In this document: positions 18,653 through 28,168 of the stretch, in pieces
Layout of the letters: each line of letters starts with the position of its first letter
How positions within the stretch are numbered: position 1 is the stretch's first letter
Assembly (NCBI GenBank): GCA_905197685.1
Contig: CAJJZS010000001.1
Location: 210,973-274,972, forward strand
Reading direction: 5' to 3'
Origin: an uncultured Oscillospiraceae bacterium
Lineage (GTDB): Bacteria; Bacillota; Clostridia; Oscillospirales; Ruminococcaceae
Length of the DNA: 64,000 nucleotides
Notes under the pieces: model-generated
What the model saw: the letters and a program-made list of their open reading frames with translations, nothing else
Databases searched by the model: none
What the model was told of the DNA's origin: nothing
Position numbers and translations under genes: made by a program

Positions 18653-19870
18653 GTGAAAAAAATACAGGTAATTTGCCTTTTTCTGTCAGCGATGATGATG
18701 TTGAGCGGCTGTGAGTCTTCACAACAAAAACAAGTTCAAAATCAACCGCAGCAACAAGCGGTTCAGAAATCGCAGACACAGGAAAAACCGCAGGATGTAA
18801 TGGACGATATTCTGTCTCAGCTGCCCGATGAGGACAAAGAAAAACCGCCGTTTTATGATACGATGGAGATAAAGGAAGGACATTTTATCTTTTCTTTGTC
18901 AACTGCGCAGGATTTGCACGACCTTTCTCAATGGGTGAGCGAGGGGGAAAGCACGAAGAATGCCGTTTTTGTGCTGAAAAATGATATTGACCTTCAAAAC
19001 GAGCCTTTTTGTCCCATCGGAGACGAAGAACATCCCTTTTTGGGCGTTTTTTTAGGACAGGGTTTTCAAATCACCAATCTCAATGTGCAGACAAAAGAAA
19101 AATCTGCTCCCGTAGGACTGTTCGGCTGTCTGGGCGGCGGAGCGACAGTAGAGGGTTTGCAGGTGAGCGGAACGGTGAACGGCAGCAGCGCTGTGGGCGG
19201 CTTTGCCGGCTTAGTTGACAATCGCTTAACCGAGCAGGAAAGCGACCGACAGGTAACGCTTCGGTTTTGTTCCTTTACGGGAACGGTGAACGGTGCGCAG
19301 GAAACAGGCGGTTTTGTCGGTTCGGCAAAACAAGGGGCGACCATAGAAAGCTGCTTTGCAGATGCGGCAGTTTCGGCAGAGCGGTCATTGGGCGGCTTTG
19401 CGGGTTTGGTTGATAAGAACGCGCAGATTTTTAACTGTTACAATCTGGGAGAAGTTTGCGCAGTTTCGGAAAGCGCAGAAAAGGAACAAGGCGGTATCGG
19501 CGGCTTTGTGGGAACCAACCGCGGAGATGTGTTCTCCTCTTATTGCGCGGTTCAGATAAAGAGTGAGCAGTCCGCTCGGGGAATCGGCGGTTTTGTCGGG
19601 AACGAGGGCGGCGGAGATTACCAGTGTTTCTACCTTCTGGAAGGCAACGAACAGTGGCAGGACAGCGTTTTGGCAGAGGAACAGGCAACCTTGTCGGCGA
19701 AGGGACTTACCGATTCTCAAATGCGCAGTCAGGACAGCTTTTCTAACTGGAATTTTTTTAACGCATGGAAGATGCTGCCGGGAGAATATCCGACCTTAAA
19801 GGAATATCAGCCGACCGATGTACAGACCTATATTGAAAAAAATATCGTCAATCCGCTTCAAGGCGGCTGA
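18653..19870 (+). CDS. Secreted lipoprotein with GLUG-motif repeats
   Basis: The gene has a GTG start. A lipobox (MLSGC) is followed by a Q-rich linker. GG[FI]xG repeats (GGFAGLVDN x2, GGFVGS, GGIGGFVGT, GIGGFVGN) occur at regular spacing. Confidence 0.6.
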   Translation: MKKIQVICLFLSAMMMLSGCESSQQKQVQNQPQQQAVQKSQTQEKPQDVMDDILSQLPDEDKEKPPFYDTMEIKEGHFIFSLSTAQDLHDLSQWVSEGESTKNAVFVLKNDIDLQNEPFCPIGDEEHPFLGVFLGQGFQITNLNVQTKEKSAPVGLFGCLGGGATVEGLQVSGTVNGSSAVGGFAGLVDNRLTEQESDRQVTLRFCSFTGTVNGAQETGGFVGSAKQGATIESCFADAAVSAERSLGGFAGLVDKNAQIFNCYNLGEVCAVSESAEKEQGGIGGFVGTNRGDVFSSYCAVQIKSEQSARGIGGFVGNEGGGDYQCFYLLEGNEQWQDSVLAEEQATLSAKGLTDSQMRSQDSFSNWNFFNAWKMLPGEYPTLKEYQPTDVQTYIEKNIVNPLQGG

Positions 19871-20014
19871 GCGCCGTCCAAAGGAGGCTGCTGATACGCA
19901 GCAAGGATAGCAAACCGATTTTACTGGACAAAAATCGGCGGATGCGGTATGATGGAGCAATAGGATGTTGTTTCCTGACAGTTTGATTAAAAAGGGTAAG
20001 GAGGATGTGTTTTT

Positions 20015-21262
20015 ATGAAAATCAATCCGGTAAAAGGAACGGCAGATTATCTGCCGTCGCAGACTTTGCTGAGAGATTATCTGCAAAATACGATTTTGGA
20101 AACTTATCGGGCAGCGGGTTTTGAGAGAATTTTAACCCCTGCGATTGAAGATATGGAAAATCTGGAAAAAAGCGAGGGTGGGGATAACCTAAACCTGATG
20201 TTTAAGATTTTAAAGCGCGGGGAAAAACTGACTTCCGCTTTGGAAAAACAGGATTATCAAAATCTTGCGGATTTAGGGTTAAGATATGACTTGACGCTGC
20301 CGCTGAGCCGATTTTATGCGGCAAACCGCGCGAAACTGGCGTCTCCGTTTAAATGTATTCAGATTGATAAATCTTATCGCGCAGAACGTCCGCAAAAGGG
20401 CAGAATGAGGGAATTTGTTCAGTGCGACATTGATATTTTAGGCAGCGATTCCCCGTTGTGCGAACTGGAGCTGATTCACACCACAGCGACTGCATTGTTA
20501 AAGTTGGATATCGGTTCTTTCACCATTAAGGTAAATGACCGCAGGGTGCTGCGCGGCGTTTTGCAGACAGCAGGCGTTGAGGAACAGCAGATGGACAGCG
20601 TCTGCATTACCTTGGACAAATGGGATAAAATCGGAACCGAAGGCGTGATGGCAGAGCTTCGGGAAAAACAGATTTCCGAAGCGGTTTGCAGTCAGCTGAA
20701 AGCGCTGTTGGACGGCGGCTGCACCTTAGAACAGGCTCAGGCGATGTGTCCCGAAAATGTGTCAGAAGCGGCAGAGCAGTTAAAAGCGCTGATTGCGCAG
20801 GCAAGCGAACTTTCGGACGGAAAATATGATGTGGTATTTGATATGCTGTTAATCCGCGGTCAGGGATATTATACCGGAACTGTTTTTGAAATTCAAAGCA
20901 ATCAGTTCCGCGGAGCTGTCGGCGGCGGCGGTCGATATGACGGTCTGGTCGGAAAATTTACCGGAGAAAATGTTCCGGCTGTCGGATTTTCGATTGGATT
21001 TGAGCGCATTTTCCAGATTTTGGAGGATAAAGGCTTTGCAATTCCGAATCGCCGCAAACGGGTTGCTGTTTTATGCGATGCTCAAGAGGGAACACAGGCG
21101 ATGAGAATGGCTGACCGATTCAGAGAGCAGCAGATTGACGCAGGTATCTATCTTCGTCCGAAAAAACTGGGCAAATTCCTGAACAAATTAGAGGAACAGG
21201 GCTTTGACGGTTTCCTTGTTCTGGGAGAAAGCGAAGAACCGAAATGGTTTGAGAAAAAATAA
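20015..21262 (+). CDS. hisS: Histidine--tRNA ligase (class IIa)
   Basis: Motif 2 reads YRAERPQKGRMREFVQCDIDILG and motif 3 reads GGGRYDGL. A C-terminal anticodon-binding domain is present. The RBS is AAGGAGG. Confidence 0.8.
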   Translation: MKINPVKGTADYLPSQTLLRDYLQNTILETYRAAGFERILTPAIEDMENLEKSEGGDNLNLMFKILKRGEKLTSALEKQDYQNLADLGLRYDLTLPLSRFYAANRAKLASPFKCIQIDKSYRAERPQKGRMREFVQCDIDILGSDSPLCELELIHTTATALLKLDIGSFTIKVNDRRVLRGVLQTAGVEEQQMDSVCITLDKWDKIGTEGVMAELREKQISEAVCSQLKALLDGGCTLEQAQAMCPENVSEAAEQLKALIAQASELSDGKYDVVFDMLLIRGQGYYTGTVFEIQSNQFRGAVGGGGRYDGLVGKFTGENVPAVGFSIGFERIFQILEDKGFAIPNRRKRVAVLCDAQEGTQAMRMADRFREQQIDAGIYLRPKKLGKFLNKLEEQGFDGFLVLGESEEPKWFEKK

Positions 21263-21303
21263 GTTGATAGACCGTTAATTTTTCCGGAAAGAAGGGAACC
21301 TTT

Positions 21304-21528
21304 TTGAAAAAATGGGAATATCAGTTTATAAAAGTACCAAAAAAAGTCGGATTCAAAACACAACCCGGAGATACTTTTGAGGATTGTAAGGAAATTATCT
21401 GTAAACAGGCGGAAAACGGTTGGAGATTAAAGCAGGTAGTTGTTCCGCTCAATGAAAAATCAGGCGTTTATAATGCGTATTGTTATCAAATTATCTTTGA
21501 GAGAGAAGTAGAAGAATCCGAAAAATAA
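21304..21528 (+). CDS. DUF4177 small protein
   Basis: This is a 74-aa protein with the start MKKWEYQFIKV. Confidence 0.55.
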   Translation: MKKWEYQFIKVPKKVGFKTQPGDTFEDCKEIICKQAENGWRLKQVVVPLNEKSGVYNAYCYQIIFEREVEESEK

Positions 21529-21553
21529 CAAAAATTTAAAGTGAGAAGCAGAA

Positions 21554-21605
21554 AACTCCCGCAAGACGGAACGAAGAGGAACCGTCTTGCGGGAGTTGTT
21601 TGTTA
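21554..21605. terminator. Bidirectional terminator
   Basis: A 16-bp stem, AACTCCCGCAAGACGG/CCGTCTTGCGGGAGTT, is flanked by A and T runs. Confidence 0.65.
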
Positions 21606-22403
21606 AAGAGAAAAGAAAGCGGTGAGCAGGACAAACAGAACAGGCTGATGAAGCAGATAAATCGGTAAGCTGTGTTTGCCGCACCATATCAGCGGTTTGA
21701 TTCTGCCGGTTTGCAGATATTTCATCCAATCTTTTTGCAAAAAGAGCCGATGCAGAAAATATCCCGATAAAAACAGAAAAAACCATGGGAGCAGCGGAAA
21801 ATAGTCTGCCGAAGAAAAAGAAGGATTCGGAAATCCCAGGTAAGCGGTGAAATCGTTGCGATACCACGAAAGGGGTAAGGAAACCAGAATCCGATCTCCA
21901 AAACCGAGATACCCCAGGTCGATATGCTGAGTCAGCAGAAAAAGAAAGAATCCGACAGCAAGACCGAATATCGAGCGACATCGGTGAAACAACTGTTCTA
22001 ACACAATCATAATTAACATACAGGAACCAAGCATGGTAAGAATCCCAAACCTCACCTGCGCCTGCGGTTGGGCAAAGGCGGTGACAAAGGAAACTAAGAA
22101 ACCTGAACATAAAACAAATAAGGCTCGTTTTAGTTTATGCTTCCCAAACGGTTGGCAAAAACCGGAAAGAAGGATAAAGGTCCAACAAATCATCTGCTGC
22201 CAAAGAAAAGCCGCAATTCCCGATTGATACCAGTTCCAGTCCCAGCCGAACAGATAAACCAAGTCCCATACTGCATGATAGACCACCATATTGACTAAGG
22301 CAAGTCCACGAATTTCGTCTAAAAGCGCGTAGCGGTGCTTGGTTTTGGCAGAAACAGAAGGTACGCTTGCAGATTGGCTCGGATTTATGGAAGAAAGACT
22401 CAT
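21603..22403 (-). CDS. DUF1624 / HGSNAT-like membrane acyltransferase
   Basis: This is a polytopic membrane protein. The N-terminal motif RYALLDEIRGLALVNMVVYH is typical of the heparan-alpha-glucosaminide N-acetyltransferase catalytic family. Confidence 0.6.
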   Translation of the reverse strand: MSLSSINPSQSASVPSVSAKTKHRYALLDEIRGLALVNMVVYHAVWDLVYLFGWDWNWYQSGIAAFLWQQMICWTFILLSGFCQPFGKHKLKRALFVLCSGFLVSFVTAFAQPQAQVRFGILTMLGSCMLIMIVLEQLFHRCRSIFGLAVGFFLFLLTQHIDLGYLGFGDRILVSLPLSWYRNDFTAYLGFPNPSFSSADYFPLLPWFFLFLSGYFLHRLFLQKDWMKYLQTGRIKPLIWCGKHSLPIYLLHQPVLFVLLTAFFSL

Positions 22404-22427
22404 GAAATCCCCCTTTTAAATAGGAGT

Positions 22428-23063
22428 TTACTCCGACAGAAGGGAAGAAAGCAACTCGGGAAGTTCGTCAAAGTGAAGAATGGAAGGAACGGGTTCTTCC
22501 ACCTTCCCCATACCGTAGGCGGCGTGGATAAAGGGAACGCCTGCCTGTTTGCAGGCGAGAAAATCCCCTTGTGTATCACCGAGGTAAACTGCTTTGGTGA
22601 GTTGATGCCGTTCTGCAATCAAGCGGATGTTTTCACCTTTGCTTTTTCCGGTCATGCCCGAACAGGTGAAATCCTCAAAAAGCGGCGCAAGTCCCGACAC
22701 ATCCAAAAAGGTTTGAATATATCCGTCCTGACAGTTGCTTACAATATAAAGAGAGTATTTTTGGGAAAGTTCGGCAAGCGTTTTTTCTACCTGAGGGTAG
22801 ATTGTACCCGGATGTTCGCGCAGCCACGGAAGCTCCTCGATACAGCATTGGTTAAAGATATTCTCCCTTTGCTGTGCCGGAAAATCGGGAAGAGCGGCAG
22901 CGGCAATTTCCGCTACGGTTTTTCCCATAAATCCGCGCACCTGTTCCAAGGTCATTGGCGGTCTGCTGCAATAGCGTGCAAGTACCCGGTTCCATACCGG
23001 CAGCATCTGTTCGGTAGCGTCCCATAAAGTTCCGTCTAAATCAAAAATCAATCCCAGTTTCAT
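22428..23063 (-). CDS. HAD-superfamily hydrolase (subfamily IA)
   Basis: Motif I reads LIFDLDGTLWD and motif III/IV reads YLGDTQGD. The start at 23063 has the RBS AAAGGATGAG. Confidence 0.75.
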   Translation of the reverse strand: MKLGLIFDLDGTLWDATEQMLPVWNRVLARYCSRPPMTLEQVRGFMGKTVAEIAAAALPDFPAQQRENIFNQCCIEELPWLREHPGTIYPQVEKTLAELSQKYSLYIVSNCQDGYIQTFLDVSGLAPLFEDFTCSGMTGKSKGENIRLIAERHQLTKAVYLGDTQGDFLACKQAGVPFIHAAYGMGKVEEPVPSILHFDELPELLSSLLSE

Positions 23064-23149
23064 TTTTCTCATCCTTTTTTGAAAAATATTCCTTAATAAG
23101 GATAACACAGAGCGGCAAAGAAATCATTTGGTATTTTTTTAGAAAATAC

Positions 23150-23178
23150 TTGACATTTTTTTCAATATCCTGTATAAT
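23150..23178 (+). promoter_or_regulatory. Consensus sigma-A promoter of the tRNA pair
   Basis: TTGACA lies at 23150-23155, followed by a 17-nt spacer and TG-TATAAT at 23171-23178. Confidence 0.6.
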
Positions 23179-23195
23179 ATCCCTCAGATAAATAG

Positions 23196-23271
23196 GGGGG
23201 CGTAGCGCAGCTGGGAGCGCGTACGGTTCGCATCCGTAAGGTCGGGAGTTCGATCCTCCTCGTCTCCACCA
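23196..23271 (+). tRNA. tRNA-Ala, anticodon CGC, with encoded CCA
   Basis: I folded the cloverleaf by hand. The acceptor GGGGGCG/CGTCTCC carries the G3:U70 identity pair. The D arm is GCGC-AGCTGGGA-GCGC. The anticodon loop TTCGCAT gives CGC. The T arm is GGGAG-TTCGATC-CTCCT. Confidence 0.85.
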
Positions 23272-23277
23272 TTCAAT

Positions 23278-23354
23278 GAGGGCATAGCTCAGTTGGTTAG
23301 AGTACTTGCTTGACATGCAAGGGGTCGGTGGTTCAAGTCCACTTGTCCTCACCA
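23278..23354 (+). tRNA. tRNA-Val, anticodon GAC, with encoded CCA
   Basis: The acceptor is GAGGGCA/TGTCCTC. The anticodon stem-loop CTTGC-TTGACAT-GCAAG gives GAC. The T loop is TTCAAGT. It lies 6 nt after tRNA-Ala. Confidence 0.85.
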
Positions 23355-23532
23355 AAAGGCAGTTCACAATTTTGTGGGCTGCCTTTTTTCTGTTTAATTT
23401 AAAACAGTTTTCTTGACCGATAAACTGTGGTATGATAAAATTAGTTTAATATATCGGAAACGATTGACACAACAGAAAAAATCAGAAAACAAAAGATAAA
23501 TCAAAAAAAGATGGAATGGGAGGAACAGACTT

Positions 23533-24504
23533 ATGGCAAAGCTGTATTCGGTAGCGCTGTCTAAATTGATTGAAGATTTAAAATTAGAAACGGTTTATAT
23601 GCCCCGCGACCCGCAGGAAATTATGGTAAAAACGGTGGACATCAATCGTCCGGGTTTGCAGCTGTGCGGATTTTATGATTATTTCGACAGCAGCCGTATC
23701 CAGATGTTCGGATTAAGCGAGTTTGCTTATATGGAAAAATATACCCCGAAAGAACGGCAGGAATTTTTGGACCGCTTTTTCTCCCAGAATATTCCGGCTG
23801 TCATCATTACCCGCAATCTGGAAATTCCGGAGGAGATGGTAACGGCAGCAAACACCTATAATGTTCCGCTGCTGCGAACCGAGCAGGCAACCTGCGATTT
23901 TATGGCTACGATGATTGCCACCTTAAAGGTAGACCTTGCTCCGCGCATTACCCGCCACGGCGTTTTGGTAGAGGTATACGGCGAAGGAATTTTGCTGTTA
24001 GGTGAAAGCGGCGTCGGAAAGAGCGAAACAGCCATCGAGCTGATTAAGCGCGGACATCGTCTGATTGCCGATGACGCAGTAGAAATCCGCAGGGTTTCGG
24101 ATAAAACGCTGGTCGGTTCTTCTCCGGCAAATATCCGCCACTTTATGGAGCTGCGCGGCGTGGGCATTATTAACGCGCGCAGAATTTTCGGTATGGGTTC
24201 CGTTAAGATGACCGAAAAACTGGATATGGTTATTTCTTTGGAGCAGTGGGACAAAACAAAGGTATATGACCGTATGGGAATGAATGACGAATACACCGAG
24301 ATTTTGGGAATTAAAATTCCGTCCCTGACCATTCCTGTTACCACAGGACGAAATCTGGCAATTATCATCGAGGTAGCGGCGATGAACAACCGTCAGAAAA
24401 AGATGGGTTATAACGCGGCGCAGGAGCTGTTAAAGCAGCTGGGCATGGTGGACGATATTCCGCCGGAGGCTTTGAAAAACGCTCCCGACTACAACGCATA
24501 TTAA
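23533..24504 (+). CDS. hprK: HPr kinase/phosphorylase
   Basis: Walker A reads GESGVGKSE. The HprK signature LIADD..ELRGVG is present. Confidence 0.9.
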   Translation: MAKLYSVALSKLIEDLKLETVYMPRDPQEIMVKTVDINRPGLQLCGFYDYFDSSRIQMFGLSEFAYMEKYTPKERQEFLDRFFSQNIPAVIITRNLEIPEEMVTAANTYNVPLLRTEQATCDFMATMIATLKVDLAPRITRHGVLVEVYGEGILLLGESGVGKSETAIELIKRGHRLIADDAVEIRRVSDKTLVGSSPANIRHFMELRGVGIINARRIFGMGSVKMTEKLDMVISLEQWDKTKVYDRMGMNDEYTEILGIKIPSLTIPVTTGRNLAIIIEVAAMNNRQKKMGYNAAQELLKQLGMVDDIPPEALKNAPDYNAY

Positions 24505-24544
24505 CCCGTTCATAAAATCAGGCAATCGGAAAGGACGGGAAAAG

Positions 24545-25270
24545 ATGAAATTTATTGCGGATACCCATATTCACAGCATCGCAAGCAGCCATGCGTACAG
24601 CACAGTGATGGAAAATATTGAAGAAGCCAAAAGAAAAGGGCTTGTCTATATGGCAATGACCGAACACGGACCGAAGATGCCGGACGCTCCCCATATCTGG
24701 CACTGTACCAATCAGTGGGAAGTGCCGTCGGTATATCACGGAGTGAATATTTTGCATGGAGTGGAAGTAAACATTCTCAATGAGGAAGGTTTACTGGATA
24801 TTGACGACCGAATTTTGGAGGGTTTGGAGTGGGTAATTGCTTCGATGCACACCCCCTGCATCAAACCGTCGATTAAGGAAAACCACACCAAAGCGTGGCT
24901 GAATATTGCAAAGAACCCGCATATTGATGTGATAGGGCATTGCGGCGACGGACGCTATGAATTTGACCATGAAGTTGTCTTGAAGGCATTTAAAGAATAC
25001 GGAAAAATTGTAGAAATTGACAATAATTCTTTTTGCTGCCGACCGAATACAGAAAAAAACTGCGCCGAGATTGCAAAATGGTGCAAACGCCTGGAAATTC
25101 CGGTGGTAGTGGACAGCGATGCGCACTTTGCGGGAAATATCGGCGTGTTTACCAGAGCAGAACAATTATTTGCAGAGATTGATTTCCCCGAGCGGCTTGT
25201 CATCAACGCAAATTTGGAGCATTTTGAAGAGGTGGTCGCTCAAAAACGAGCGGGACTTCGCAGGGACTAA
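24545..25270 (+). CDS. PHP-domain metal-dependent phosphatase, YcdX-like
   Basis: The N-terminus reads ADTHIHS..SHAYSTV..MAMTEH, which is the PHP histidine motif set. Confidence 0.7.
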   Translation: MKFIADTHIHSIASSHAYSTVMENIEEAKRKGLVYMAMTEHGPKMPDAPHIWHCTNQWEVPSVYHGVNILHGVEVNILNEEGLLDIDDRILEGLEWVIASMHTPCIKPSIKENHTKAWLNIAKNPHIDVIGHCGDGRYEFDHEVVLKAFKEYGKIVEIDNNSFCCRPNTEKNCAEIAKWCKRLEIPVVVDSDAHFAGNIGVFTRAEQLFAEIDFPERLVINANLEHFEEVVAQKRAGLRRD

Positions 25271-25288
25271 CAGAAAGGAGCTGTGCGC

Positions 25289-26221
25289 GTGAATTGGCTG
25301 AACCGTTTGGTAAAAGAAAAACTTGCCGCCTTGTGTCAGGAAAAGGGGATTCCCGTATTATGGGACGAACCGATGAAATATCATACCAGCTTTAAAATCG
25401 GGGGACCGGCGGCGGTAATGTGTATCCCGAAAGACAGAGACCAACTGTTTTGCGCGCTGGATTTTGCACGCAGAGAGAACCTTCCGGTATGGTATGTGGG
25501 AAACGGCTCCAATCTGTTGGTGAAAGATGAAGGAATTGACGGCATGGTGATTTTGCTGGATTCCGAGTTTGGCGGAGAGATTGCAGTCGAAGGGGAAACA
25601 CTGATTGCGCCGTCAGGGAAAAAGCTGTCGGCAGTCTGCGCCGCTGCCGCAAAGGAAAGTTTAACCGGACTGGAATTTGCATGGGGAATTCCGGGCAGTG
25701 TCGGCGGAGCGGTTTATATGAATGCGGGAGCGTACGGCGGAGAGATGAAGGATTGCCTGTTGTGGGCGGAATATCTCAGCCCGCAAGGAAAGATTGTTCG
25801 TTTGTCGAAAGAGGATTTGGCGCTTTCTTACCGCCACAGCTGTTTTATGCAGCCGCAGTATAAGGACTGTTGTATTGTTCGCGCTGCGTTTTCTTTAACA
25901 AAAGGAGAACCGGAAGCAATTCGGCAGCAGATGGACCATGTGATGGAGCAAAGAAAGGCAAAACAGCCGTTGGAATATCCAAGCGCAGGCAGTACCTTTA
26001 AGCGTCCGCAGGGAGCGTTTGCGGCGCAGCTGATTGACCAATGCGGACTCAGAGGCAAACAAGTAGGCGGCGCTCAGGTCAGCACAAAGCACGCAGGATT
26101 TGTCATCAATTTGGGAGATGCCTGCTGCAATGATGTTTTAAATTTGACTGCGCAGGTGCGGGAGTGTGTAAAACAACAAACCGGTTATGAATTGGAACTG
26201 GAAGTACAGCTGATTCCGTAG
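25289..26221 (+). CDS. murB: UDP-N-acetylenolpyruvoylglucosamine reductase
   Basis: FAD-binding motifs FKIGGPAA and GNGSNLL are present. The C-terminus reads GSTFKRP...GGAQVS. The GTG at 25289 lies 8 nt after AAAGGAG. Confidence 0.85.
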   Translation: MNWLNRLVKEKLAALCQEKGIPVLWDEPMKYHTSFKIGGPAAVMCIPKDRDQLFCALDFARRENLPVWYVGNGSNLLVKDEGIDGMVILLDSEFGGEIAVEGETLIAPSGKKLSAVCAAAAKESLTGLEFAWGIPGSVGGAVYMNAGAYGGEMKDCLLWAEYLSPQGKIVRLSKEDLALSYRHSCFMQPQYKDCCIVRAAFSLTKGEPEAIRQQMDHVMEQRKAKQPLEYPSAGSTFKRPQGAFAAQLIDQCGLRGKQVGGAQVSTKHAGFVINLGDACCNDVLNLTAQVRECVKQQTGYELELEVQLIP

Positions 26222-26256
26222 CGGAAGGCATCAACAAGAGAGGAACGGGAAGGCAT

Positions 26257-27156
26257 ATGCAGTTTATTATTGTGACAGGAATGTCCGGAGCGGGAAAATC
26301 TACCGCAGTGGAAGCGTTGGAAGATGTGGGCGTTTATTGTATGGACAATATCCCTCCCGCGCTGATTCCGAAAATTGCGCATCTGGGAACAAACGGGCAG
26401 GAGCCTTCCGATATTGGGCGAGTTGCCCTGGTGATTGACGCAAGAGGGCTGCGGGGCAATTTAGGGGGCGCAGACTGCTTAAAGGAGCTGATGAACGCCT
26501 TGGCAGAGCTGGACCGAGAAAAGGTAAGTTACCGAATTTTGTTTTTAGACGCGGCGACCGAAGAACTGATTAACCGCTACAAAATTACGCGGCGCCCGCA
26601 CCCGCTGATGGAGCGCAGCGATTCTTTAAACCGTGCAATCTGCCAAGAACGGGAGCTGCTGCGCCAGGTGAAGGACAGGGCGGACATTGTGCTGGATACC
26701 ACCCTGCTTTCTGCCTCGCAGTTAAGCAGCAATATCCACGAACTGTTTCGCAGCGATGACCCCAACGAGGACGATTTTGTGGTGAATTGTATCTCCTTCG
26801 GGTTTAAATTCGGTGTTCCGGCAGATGCGGACCTGATGTTTGATGTTCGCTGTCTGCCAAACCCATTTTATGACCCGCAGCTTCGTCCCAAAACGGGACT
26901 GGACAGGGAAGTGCAGGATTATGTTTTGGATTCTGCCAAAACACAGGGCTGTCTTGCAAGATTGTATGATTTTATTGACTATATGCTCCCGCTGTATCGT
27001 TATGATGAAAAGAAAAGCCAGTTGATTATTGCAATCGGTTGTACCGGCGGAAAGCACCGTTCTGTCACCGTGACGCAGCAGTTGTCGCAGCATTTAAAAA
27101 AACAGGGATTACGGGTAATTACAAGCCATCGTGATATTGAAAGAAAGAAGCTGTAA
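26257..27156 (+). CDS. rapZ: RNase adapter protein RapZ (YvcJ family, P-loop)
   Basis: The N-terminus reads MQFIIVTGMSGAGKS. The C-terminus reads IGCTGGKHRS. Confidence 0.85.
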   Translation: MQFIIVTGMSGAGKSTAVEALEDVGVYCMDNIPPALIPKIAHLGTNGQEPSDIGRVALVIDARGLRGNLGGADCLKELMNALAELDREKVSYRILFLDAATEELINRYKITRRPHPLMERSDSLNRAICQERELLRQVKDRADIVLDTTLLSASQLSSNIHELFRSDDPNEDDFVVNCISFGFKFGVPADADLMFDVRCLPNPFYDPQLRPKTGLDREVQDYVLDSAKTQGCLARLYDFIDYMLPLYRYDEKKSQLIIAIGCTGGKHRSVTVTQQLSQHLKKQGLRVITSHRDIERKKL

Positions 27157-27223
27157 TTTTAAAAAAATCGGGGAACAGAGCAAATCTTCAGGCGGAAAAT
27201 CAAATGAAGGAGGGTCACATCGG

Positions 27224-28138
27224 GTGACATTCGCTACCAAGGTAAAAAGTGAGATCAGCCATAACAAAGGCTTAATCGCAAGAAATAAAAAAGCGTTTTC
27301 TTACGGGATGCTTTTATGCGGAAAGAGTTTTTCCGCGCAAAATATTTCGATGACAACGGAGAATAAATATATTGCCAAGCTGTATGCAAAGCTGATTTTT
27401 CAGCAGATTCCGATGCAAACCAGTGTAACAACCAGAGAATATAACGGGAATTTTCAGCAGACAACCTATGCGGTCAGTGTGGACGATGAGGAAGACAGAA
27501 AAACAATCCTTGCCTTTTTTGGGCATGACGCGCAGGGAGATAAGGTCTGCAACGCCGAGCTGCTGGAATATTCGGAGCATTGTTATGCCTTTTTGGCAGG
27601 CGCTTTTTTAAGCTGTTCCAATATCAGCGACCCGCAGAAGGACTATCATCTGGAGTTTGTGCTTGCAGGAGAGCAGACCGCGCAGCTGATGATGAGACTG
27701 TTAAATGAGCTTCAATTAAATTTTAAGCTGAGTGTGCGGCGGGGACAGCAGGTGGTATACTGTAAAGACAGCAAATCAATAGAAGAACTGCTGACGATGG
27801 TGGGAGCTACCGGAGCGATGATGGACGTTGTCAATGTCAAGATTTACAAGGATATGCGAAATAAAGTCAACCGTGTGACAAACTGCGAAACCTCCAATAT
27901 TGAAAAAACGGTGAGCGCGGCAACAGCGCAAGCGGCAGATATCCGCTATCTGATGAAAAGCGGGCAGTTTGAAACACTGGAAGTTCCGCTCAAGGAAACC
28001 GCGAAAGCGCGTTTAAAACATCCCGATATGTCTTTGCGGGAGTTGGGGGAGCTGTTGGGTGTTTCCCGTTCGGGAATCAACCATCGTCTGCAAAAAATCA
28101 GCCAGATTGCAAAACAGGCGCGGGAACAGGCAGAATAG
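27224..28138 (+). CDS. whiA: Sporulation/cell-division regulator WhiA
   Basis: A LAGLIDADG-like fold is followed by a C-terminal HTH (LRELGELLGVSRSGINHRLQKI). The GTG start has the RBS GAAGGAGGG. Confidence 0.85.
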   Translation: MTFATKVKSEISHNKGLIARNKKAFSYGMLLCGKSFSAQNISMTTENKYIAKLYAKLIFQQIPMQTSVTTREYNGNFQQTTYAVSVDDEEDRKTILAFFGHDAQGDKVCNAELLEYSEHCYAFLAGAFLSCSNISDPQKDYHLEFVLAGEQTAQLMMRLLNELQLNFKLSVRRGQQVVYCKDSKSIEELLTMVGATGAMMDVVNVKIYKDMRNKVNRVTNCETSNIEKTVSAATAQAADIRYLMKSGQFETLEVPLKETAKARLKHPDMSLRELGELLGVSRSGINHRLQKISQIAKQAREQAE

Positions 28139-28168
28139 ACAGGACAGGCAGGAAAGGAGAACGGCGGA

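Noticed and set aside
19871-20014. Possible T-box upstream of hisS
   Set aside because: The 144-nt leader is too short and has no T-box motif.
23041-23367. 108-aa minus-strand ORF
   Set aside because: It overlaps the two tRNA genes and their promoter and is an artefact.
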